DNA of 64,000 bases from Eledone cirrhosa (Eukaryota). The stretch is from contig OZ024742.1 in NCBI GenBank assembly GCA_964016885.1, positions 334,366,001-334,430,000 of the forward strand. The letters are read 5' to 3'. Below the pieces are notes generated by a model. The model saw only the letters and a program-made list of their open reading frames with translations. It had not been told where the DNA came from and made no database searches. Of this stretch, positions 54,307 through 64,000 are shown piece by piece (the first letter of the stretch is position 1; each line of letters opens with the position of its first letter). The position numbers and the translations under genes are program-made.

Positions 54307-57300
54307 AAAAAAAAGAAATATATATATATATACATACATACACGTATACATACACACATACATACACATACACACACACATATACACACACACACACGTA
54401 CATTAATAACAATAATAATAATAATAATAATAATAGGAATAATAATAATAACGACAACAACAATAATAATATACATATTCATATATATATACACACACAC
54501 GCACGCACATAAGCATATCTACACACACACACGCACGATAGCAACTAACAGTGCTGCGATCGAATGTGGCTTTTTAGCCCAGCCAATGATCTAAAATGTC
54601 TTGCACAGAGTCGGCAACCAAAACATTCACTGGGAATAGTCGGCTGTGGTTGGAGTTCGTGTACTTTTGCATGTCGCTTGAGCCCTCCTGCTGATTTACA
54701 TTCTCTACCACATGTTTGGCAAGCATGATGAGTAGCATCTCCAACAGCAGCCTGGTAGTCAACCACTGGTCTTACTTTATGACTGCGAAGATGACTTTCG
54801 AGTCCAGCTTTGCTTAGGCAGAGTCCCGCACAGACGCTGCATGTCAGCACCATAGGAGGACCCTCGCCGTCTGGAAGTGCAACAGCAATGCCCTTCCTCA
54901 CATCCCGCTTTACTTTCTCGTGTGCGATTCGAGATGCCTCAAAGGCAACTTTTCCCTCATATACAGTCTTTCTCCATATATTACGATCAGCAGCAACATT
55001 TTCCCATGATTCAGCAGAGATGTTAGCGTCTTTCAGAGAGGCTTTCAAGGAATCCTTATACCTCTTTTTTGGTTTATGTGGCGGTCGTTTTCCTTTAACC
55101 AACTCTCCATAGAAGAGTTGTTTTGGTATTCTAGAATCCTTCATCCTGGTAAGGTGACCACTCTAACGGAGTCGTTGCTTAAGCACAAGAGCTTCTATAC
55201 TGTCACACATAGAGCTTTCCAAAATCTCGACATCACTGATGTGGTCCCTCCAGTGAACGCCATGGATCCGTCTGAGACACATCTGATGGAAACGCTCCAA
55301 TTGCTTAAGGTGGTGTCGATATGTGACCCAGGTCTCGCAGGCATAAAGAAGACAAGAGAGTACACATGCCCTGTACACCTTTACCTTTGTCCTCCTGCAT
55401 ATGTCTCGCCGACCCCAGAGTCGCCTTTCTAGCTTTCCGAAAGCATCACCTGCTTTCCTAATCCTAAGTGAGATTTCACTGTCAAGGTTGCCGTATCGAT
55501 TGACAGTGCTTCCCAGGTAGACAAACTGATCAACCACTCCAAGTCGTTTTCCATACACATAGATGTTTGGTTCAGTGTACTGCTTACTAGGGGCAGGTTG
55601 GTACATGACGACGGTTTTCTTGAGACTGACAGTCAAACCCAGGGCAGTGCAAGCGTCAGAAAATGCATTCAAAATGTGCTGCATATCACTCTCTGTGGGC
55701 GCTACAAGATCGCAATCATCTGCATACAAGAGGTCTCTTATGATTGATGTAAATACTTTTGTCTTCGCAGCAAAGCGCCTGATGTTAAATATGCTGCCTG
55801 AGGTTCGATATCGGATGTAAACACCATGCTCGCAATTCCTGAATGCAATACAGAAAACCATTGCAAAGTGTATGGCAAACAGGGTCGGTGCTGGAATATC
55901 CCCCTGTTTCACTCCATGTTTTACTGAGATAGTCTCAGACATGTTACCTCCGACATTAACCCAAGCCTTCATGTCGTCATGGAAAGACCTAACTAAAGCA
56001 AGGAACTTATCAGGGCAACCAACTTTCTGGAGAACCTTCCATAATGCATGTCTGTTGACAGTATCGAAAGCCTTTGTCAGATCGACAAAAACCTGATACA
56101 GTTCCAAGCCTTGTTCAATGCACTTCTCCTGGAGCTGTCTAGCTGAGAAGATCATATCAGTAGTGCCGCGACCAGCACGAAAACCAGATTGACTTTCAGG
56201 AAGAACACAATCTGCAATGTGTGTCAGCAGACGGTCCAGAAACACCCTACATAAAACTTTCCCTACGACAGAAAGCAATGATATACCTCTGTAGTTCCCA
56301 CAATCATTCCTGTTACCCTTTCCCTTGTACAAGACCACCATTACTGCATCTCTCCAGTTCTCAGGTACGGATTCATTAGCCCATATCCTTCCAAACAAAG
56401 AGTGCAGATGTTGCAGGAGTCTCTCACCACCACATTGTAGGAGCTCAGCATGTATGCCATCCATACCCGGAGATCTTCCACTGTTCAGCTTCGAAATAGC
56501 GACTGCAACCTCCACAAGCGTCGGAGGTTCTGCGAGAGCTACTTTCACAGGACTTTCTGGAATGAGATTGAGGAAATCTTCACTGACGACAGACGGCTGA
56601 TTCAAAAGATCATCAAAGTGCTCTCGCCACCTTCGTAGAATTCCCTGTGAGTCACGAAGAAGCTCCTTGCCATCCTTGCTGCAAAGCGGTGTCACCAGAG
56701 AAGAAGACGGTCCATAAACCTCACGCAAGAGACTGTACAACAGCTTTGTGTTATTGGAATCAGACGCAGTTTGTATCTCACCGGCCTGCTCACTCCACCA
56801 CTGGTCCTTCATCTGAGAAAGACTCCGCCTAACACGTGATTTTACATCCCTGAGCTCCTCATGCAACGTATTCCTCTCCTGTGGTTTTGCCGTCAAGTAG
56901 CGTGACAGAGCACGCCTCTTATCAGCCAACAAGTCTTCTATATGTACATCATTCTCATTAAACCAGTCCTGATGTTTTCACTGCACCAATCCCAGAACAC
57001 GCCTGCCTACATCATAAACCGACTTTTTAAGGGTCGGCCAATCCTCACCAAGATCTGCAGTCTGCATCTCTTCTTCCAATGTCCTCTTCACATTTTTATC
57101 CTTAAGACGAGCAGCATTCAATCTTTTGGGCAGGGTAACACCAGGAGCCCGGATTTTACGTTTGGTGTTTAGTTTCACTTTTGCGCGTACCAGGCGGTGG
57201 TCCGTCCAGCACTCAGCTCCACGAAGAACACGAACACACTGCACATCCTGTCTGTCACGCATCCTGACTAGGACGTAGTCCAAAAGATGCCATTCCTTAG

Positions 57301-58097
57301 ATGCAGGATTCATCCATGTGGTCTTGAATTTGTTCTTTTGTTGGAACATGGTGTTGGTAACACACAGATCCAGCTCCTCACACATCTGCAGCAGGAGCAT
57401 ACCATTGCTGTTACACTTTCCCACCCCATGCCTTCCGATTACATTCCATGTGTTAAAACCCTACCCACTCTAGCATTAAAGTCACCAAGCACGATGACTT
57501 TGTCTGCCTGAGGGATATTTCTTAGAACACCTTTCAAGGCATGGTAAAAGGACAGTTTTTCTTCATCGACAGAATTCATAGTTGGAGCATACACATTCAC
57601 CAGGGTAGCATATCTTCCTTTGTCCAGCGGAACTCTCATGGACATAAGACGCTCACTAATCCCTACTGGGAATTCTTCTAATTTATTCACAAGTACAGTC
57701 TTAACAGCATATCCTACCCCAGCCTCTCTTCTGGTTCCTTCATCTCTTCCTTTCCAGAAGAATGTATATTCTCCACAAAATTCCGTAATATGACCATCTC
57801 CAGCTAACCTCGTCTCAGATAAAGCCACGATGTCAAGATCGTAACGTCGAAGCTCCTTTGCAACAAGAGCGGTCCTTCGTTCAGGACGCTCCAAGGAATC
57901 CCTGTCAAACAGCGTCCGTACATTCCAGCAGCCAAGACTAAATGCCTTGTTTGGCTCTATTACAATGGCACAATGACGAGCGGGCCCAGGCTGTGATAAC
58001 TTGGGGCCCCTGCCCTTATTGCCAATGATATTTTTTGTTCCAGAACCTAAATTGCCAATTATCTCTTTTACATTGTTCTGGAACATCATTGAATTGG

Positions 58098-58128
<31 letters not shown>

Positions 58129-58466
58129 TAATAATAGTAATAATAATAATAATAATAATAGTACACTATTAATAATTATTAATGCACTCGTGCAATGCCT
58201 GTGCGTGAAGAATATTTTTAAAGTGAGGAAAGACTGTGCACTGAGCCAATCCCACTCTCTGAGCGACAGTAGCTATAACCTGAAAAGAAGAAAAGATCAA
58301 CATCATCGGTAACTACTGAGCCGCAGGTTTTATATCGGAGTTAACCCAGTTTCCTGAGATGCCTTCTCCTAGAAGAATGCCCTGACAAGGGCTAGGGATT
58401 CTTCAATCCCAGTGGTTTAACTGCGCGATCGGGCATCCAGCCCGATTATTTCTATGTCCCCGCGCA
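54160..58466 (-). mobile_element. Near full-length RTE-clade LINE with microsatellite-expanded UTRs
   Basis: 5' UTR with TAGCCCTTGTCAGGGC...CTAGGAGAAGG motif (58180-58466), APE+RT+C2H2 ORF, terminal GCAATGGCCATACTCAATAACGAG...GCAGCCATCAT (54160-54200). Confidence 0.9.
54545..58089 (-). pseudogene. RTE ORF: AP endonuclease, reverse transcriptase, three C2H2 zinc fingers; disrupted
   Basis: WNVRTL, VALSETR, VYAPT, LGDFNARVG, LDYVLV, TDHRLV; NYRGISLL, QSGFRAGR, FVDLTKAFD, GVKQGD, LLYADD; frameshifts ~57440 and ~56980, stop at 55163. Confidence 0.93.
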
Positions 58467-58614
58467 AAAAAAAAAAAAGAAAAAAAAACTCACTTATTGA
58501 CACTTATACGTACGACATACTCACACACGCATACATATGCGCGCACACAGCAACACATACATACAAACAAACACACACACACACGCCACTCTACTCACTT
58601 ACACGCACACACAC

Positions 58615-58678
<64 letters not shown>

Positions 58679-58739
58679 CCGTCATTACTGACAAACATTA
58701 CAAGATTATGTCAACTGTTGACTTTCAAGAGTTTGTATA

Positions 58740-58925
58740 GTTGAAGCCGATCGTACTACAGTCCAGTATTATTATAATTGCTTTACAGCATATAGTTATG
58801 GCTCTCCACGCTCTGAGCTCAAATCCCGCCGAGATCAACCTTGCCGCTCATCCCCACGGAGTCAACAAAAGAGAGTACCAGTGATGCGCTGGCCAGTCGC
58901 TGGATCCGTGCCAAAAGCAGAAAAA
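58740..58925 (+). mobile_element. Decayed SINE family S1
   Basis: CTGAGCTCAAATCCCGCCGAGATCAACCTTGCCGCTCATCC...GTACCAGT...GTGCCAAAAGCAGAAA. Confidence 0.65.
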
Positions 58926-59698
58926 TTATTATTAAAGTTGTTTTCTTAAGGCCCGGTCGCTGGTGATGGCGGCGGCGGTGGCGGTGGTGGTGGTGGTGGC
59001 AGTTGATGTTGTTGTTGTGTTGTGTGCGTGTGTGTGTGTGTTTTGTTATTTTGAGTTTTTTTTGTTTTTTTTTCCCCTTTTCATTTCTTTTCTTTTCCCT
59101 TCCTTTTTATGTTTTGATGCCGCTGTTGTTGTTGTTGTAAATGTTCATTTCAGTTCATTCTGAAGCTGTTGTTGCTGTAAACATTAGTGCCGGTGTTGTT
59201 GTTGTTGTAGATGTTGGGGTTGAAATCTGGTCGTTTGACTGAGTGATGTATATATTTCACATATACATATACACACATATATATATATATATATACACAT
59301 TCAACAGAGAGTAGAGAGTTTGACAACAAGTCGATGACTTTAGTCTAGATAGGGTATGGTATGGTAATGACATATGATGATGGGGAGAGAGTGTAGACGT
59401 TATTGTGGTGGTGGGGACAGTGAGATGTATCTAGTTCATTTGACCGTTTTCTTCGCTTTGCAAAATTTGGATTTTAGCCATGTTATATTGAGATATAAGT
59501 AAATGTAAAATGTAAAATATAAATAAGGATTGCTCTGCTAAAATATACTAAAATATTTGTGTAACTTCCACAAACTTCTGTCATGACATTCCCGAGTCCA
59601 GTGACCAAAAATTGTTGTATTTTGATGTTTCAGAATACAAAAATTTATTAAAAACTTACCCCACGAAAAGACAGCGTGTGTTGTCCTATCTATAAGCT

Positions 59699-59835
<137 letters not shown>

Positions 59836-59996
59836 AGTATATCTACCAACATATGTATACAGATGTAAACCTATGCTAGCAAATATATATGTTATGTCTT
59901 AGTACCTTTGTGGTTCTATGCAAGGGGGTGCAGAAGAATTATATGAAAGACGTAAAATAAGAAAATTTTTAAATTAACTTACTTACTAAAATTTTC

Positions 59997-60078
59997 ACTC
60001 CAACTAATTAGTTTTTGTAAGGGAATAAATATAGTTACGCAACGCAACCATAGAGAAATCCTTACGTCATCAGGGAGT
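59997..60078 (-). ncRNA. Hammerhead in inverted unit, G12-to-A mutant (predicted inactive)
   Basis: ACTCC CTGATGA CGTAAGG...CCTTACA AAAAC TAATTA GTT GGAGT. Confidence 0.7.
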
Positions 60079-60580
60079 CTATTCTCAGCTAAGTTCTAGG
60101 CAATGCGCGGACACTAGGAACCCATATAAAAATAATAATTCAGTGGATGGAAAAAAGCGAGCGGGGACCAGATTCCAGGGCACTGAAAAAATTCACTGCC
60201 TACTTGGTCAGTGGCAAATTCTAAAGAATCAATCACGTGACACTGAGGTTAATCAGTGAGGAGTGGAGTATACATATGTTGGTAGATATACTAATTCTCT
60301 ATATTTATCTCCAAATTATTTGTTGAGCAAAACTTGCCGAAATTACTACTATGGTTCATGGTAGTAGTTAGGCTCTTGTTTTATTACCACTCCACTCCTC
60401 ACTAATTAACCTCAGTGTCACGTGATTGATTCTTTAAAATGTGCCACTGACCAAGTAGGCAGTGAATTTTTTTAGTGCCCTGGAATCTAGTCCCCGCTCG
60501 CTTTTTTCCATCCACTGAATTATTATTTTTATATGGGTTCCTAGTGTCCGCGCATTGCCTGGGAACTTAGCTGAGAATAG

Positions 60581-60662
60581 ACTCCCTGATGACGTAAGGA
60601 TTTCTCTATGGTTGCGTTGCGTAACTATTTTTATTCCCTTACAGAAACTAATTAGTTGGAGT
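60581..60662 (+). ncRNA. Type I hammerhead ribozyme, unit 1
   Basis: ACTCC CTGATGA C GTAAGG...CCTTAC A GAAAC TAATTA GTT GGAGT; perfect stem I, palindromic stem III ACTAATTAGT, GUU triplet. Confidence 0.85.
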
Positions 60663-61105
60663 GAAAATTTTAGTAAGTAAGTTAATTTTAAAATTTTCTT
60701 ATTTTACGGCTTTCATATAATTGTTCTGCATCCCCTTGCATAGAACCACAAAGGTACTAAGACATAACATATATATTTGCTAGCATAGGTATACATCTGT
60801 ATACATATGTTGGTAGATATACTAATTCTCTATATTTATCTCCTAATTATTTTTGAGCAAAACTTGCCGAAATTACTACTATGGTTCATGGTAGTAGTTA
60901 GGCTCTTCTTTTATTTCCACTCCTCACTGATTAACATCAGTGTCACGTGATTGATTCTTTAGAATTTGCCACTGACCAAGTAGGCAGTGAATTTTTTCAG
61001 TGCTTTGGAATCTAGTCCCCGCTCGCTTTTTTCCATCTACTGAATTATTATTTTTATATGGGTTCCTAGTGTCCGCGCATTGCCTGGGAACTTAGCTGAG
61101 AATAC

Positions 61106-61187
61106 ACTACCTGATGACGTAAGGATTTCTCTATGTTTGCGTTGCGTAACTATATTTATTCCCTTACAGAAACTAATTAGTTGGAGT
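61106..61187 (+). ncRNA. Type I hammerhead ribozyme, unit 2
   Basis: As unit 1, stem I ACTAC/GGAGT has one mismatch. Confidence 0.8.
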
Positions 61188-61629
61188 GAAAATTTTAGTA
61201 AGTTAATTTTAAAATTTTCTTATTTTACGTCTTTCATATAATTGTTCTGCAGTCCCTTGCATAGAACCACAAAGGTACTAAAACATAACATATATATTTG
61301 CTAGCATAGGTATACATCTGTATACATATGTTGGTAGATATACTAATTCTCTAAATTTTTATTTCCAAATTATTTGTTGAGCAAAACTTGTCGAAATTAC
61401 TACTATGGTTCATGGTAGTAGTTAGGCTCTTCTTTTATTTCCACTCCTCACTGATTAACCTCAGTGTCACGTGAATGATTCTTTAGAATTTGCCACTGAC
61501 CAAGTAGGCAGTGAATTTTTTCAGTGCCCTGGAATCTAGTCCCCGCTCGCTTTTTTCCATCCACTGAATTATTATTTTTATATGGATTCCTAGTCTTCGC
61601 GCATTGCCTGGGAACTTAGCTGAGAATAG

Positions 61630-61715
61630 ACTCCCTGATGACTGACGTAAGGATTTCTCTATGGTTGCGTTGCGTAACTATATTTATTCCCTTACAGAAA
61701 CTAATTAGTTGGAGT
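61630..61715 (+). ncRNA. Type I hammerhead ribozyme, unit 3
   Basis: As unit 1 with a 4-nt TGAC duplication just after CTGATGA. Confidence 0.75.
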
Positions 61716-62160
61716 GAAAATTTCAGTAAGTTAATTTTAAAATTTTCTTATGTTACGTCTTTCATATAATTGTTCTGCATCCCCTTGCATAGAACCACAA
61801 AGGTACTAAGACATAACATATATATTTGCTAGCATAGGTTTACATCTGTATACATATGTTGGTAGATATACTAATTCTCTATATTTATCTCCAAATTATT
61901 TGTTGAGCAAAACTAGCCGAAATTACTACTATCGTTCATGGTAGTAGTTAGGCTCTTGTTTTATTACCACTCCACTCCTCACTGATTAACCTTAGTGTCA
62001 CGTGATTGATTCTTTAGAATGTGCCACTGACCAAGTAGGCAGTGAATTTTTTCAGTGCCCTGGAATCTAGTCCCCGCTCGCTTTTTTCCATCCACTGAAT
62101 TATTATTTTTATATGGGTTCCTAGTGTCCGAGAATTGCCTGGGAACTTAGCTGAGAATAC

Positions 62161-62246
62161 ACTCCCTGATGACTGACGTAAGGATTTCTCTATGGTTGCG
62201 TTGCGTAACTATATTTATTCCCTTACAGAAACTAATTAGTTGGTGT
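62161..62246 (+). ncRNA. Type I hammerhead ribozyme, unit 4
   Basis: TGAC duplication as unit 3; stem I ACTCC/GGTGT. Confidence 0.72.
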
Positions 62247-64000
62247 GAAAATTTTAGTAAGTTAATTTTAAAATTGTCTCATTTTACGTCTTTCATGTGT
62301 GCGTGTGTATTGTGTGGGCGAGTTATTTAGCGCATGATCGTGTTGTTCGGTTATTAGATGTCTAGGTTTTTTTAGGTGACCCTGCCGTATGAATAGGCAG
62401 CATAACTAGTGGTACAGACCCATGTACATATTACCACCACCCAAACAATGCATACACAGTTCACGCAAACAAAATAAAATACAACACACGCATATCTTTC
62501 TTACATCAATTTAAAGAAGGCAGTCTGTTTGTCAGTGTCAATTGAGGTGTAGCTATAACTTCTTTCCCTATGCCTTATGATTTCATTTCTGACCGAAGTC
62601 CATAACTATTTCATTATTTTGTGATTGATAAATAGCTATCAGCACAGTGGTGGTGTAGCCATCTCTCTTTGTTTGTTAGAGAGAGGGTCTCTATTGGGTC
62701 GACCTTCACTCACGACTGACTGGCCGTATAAATCCCTATGAAGCGAATGATATTTACTCCTAACTAATAAATGATTGTCGTTAATGGAAGTAGCATTAAT
62801 CAATCCTGCGTGCTATCTTTTAATTTACAAGGATATACATTCTTTGTTGATTATGGTGAGAACAATTGTAGTAAATGAATCATCACGTGAACATTAAATT
62901 TCTGAAAAGATTTTAATGAATTATAAAAATTAATTATAAAAACTAAACCGGTTTTACAGAAATATGACAATTCTGATGACCACGATGATGAATAGTGTAC
63001 GCTCTACATATAGTTATTTCTAATACCTGACTAGCCCACATTATGTGCCTAAAGTAGAAACAATTATATTACTAGACGAAGAAATCCTGCCTTATAAGGA
63101 ATAGGTCATCGATACTAGATATTTTCTTCATAAATAAATCTTTGCTCTCAATATTTATAAATCATTATCTCTAAAACATTGACAATAATAAATGTGAACG
63201 GTCATTGAAACTAATGGCCAATTCTACGAAAAACGGCAAACAAATTACCATTTTCAATATGGTTATTAACTATGTGATATGTGAGGGAATGGAAGGAGTG
63301 GGTAACAGAAAAGTGGTAAAGGAGATGTTCCTGTTATACAAATTAGATGGTAGGCGAAAAAGGATCTAATTATTATAATTAATATTTAAAATAGTCTTTA
63401 AATCTATTTCCTTGAAACCAATTTATTCAGTGATTCTTTAGATGGGAGAATCTGTTGACTACGTTATAAAAATAGATATAAAAGATTTGTTGGTGATGGA
63501 AAAGGAAGTGAATCATAACATATATCGTTCAATATTTGGTTGCGGAAGTAATAAAACTAAAGTCGGGAAGAAAGCATCATACCCAGACCTACCAACCTCT
63601 CAAAACCAAAACGGAGAGTACTATGAAATAAAGTGTCCGAGAACGGGGAGAAATGAGGCAAAACGGATATTTTACATAATGAAAGCTATACCCAGTTCCA
63701 CAAGAGAAGAGATCTCTCACCCACCCCAAATTAGGTTGTAGATATCCCCGTCCAATGGGGAGAGTTGACAGGACTGCATACCTCAAGCTGGAAACCCGTG
63801 ATATGGATTGATATATTCAGCGAGTAAAGCTAGTTGCACTCCACGACAATGCTGTCGCGCATTTATTTGTTAGTGCGGTAAAGTGGAGGTATGCCGTCCA
63901 ACTAGGAAAGTATAGGGTTTATATCACCATCCTCCCTTTTTTCTTGTTTCATGATATTCTATACCTATTTTAGCAATTAAATACAATTATGTATTTAATT

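Noticed and set aside
63442-63930. 99-aa ORF and downstream purine-rich sequence, possibly a decayed LINE
   Set aside because: No recognisable motif; cannot support either a gene or a transposon call

Overview
AT-rich, microsatellite-saturated eukaryotic intergenic/intronic DNA. The SINE families and (TA)n/(CA)n/(TAA)n load suggest a coleoid cephalopod such as octopus (inference, not verified). I found no convincing host protein-coding exon; most of the ORF track is translated microsatellite or antisense of transposon ORFs. Contents: (i) three truncated Penelope-like elements (PLEs) with decayed GIY-YIG endonuclease plus many tiny PLE-style fold-back insertions in (TA)n; (ii) RTE-clade LINEs (5'-truncated 7978-9577; near full-length 54160-58466 with three C2H2 fingers) and a 500-bp bipartite non-autonomous RTE derivative (47015-47515); (iii) a head-to-tail nest of four R4/Dong-clade RLE LINEs from two families in (TAA)n (30110-41020); (iv) a complete but dead IR/DR Tc1 transposon (24166-25769); (v) many SINEs. 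The main hidden signal is RNA-level: about 17 type I hammerhead ribozyme (HHR) motifs from roughly nine unrelated sequence families, most with a palindromic stem III. The top candidate is a non-coding ~525-531 bp tandem array (59827-62296) carrying one HHR per unit plus one inverted unit, i.e. a retrozyme-like element predicted to produce ~0.53 kb self-cleaved/circular RNAs. All alignments and folds were done by eye; boundaries are approximate to a few bases (tens of bases for decayed SINEs).
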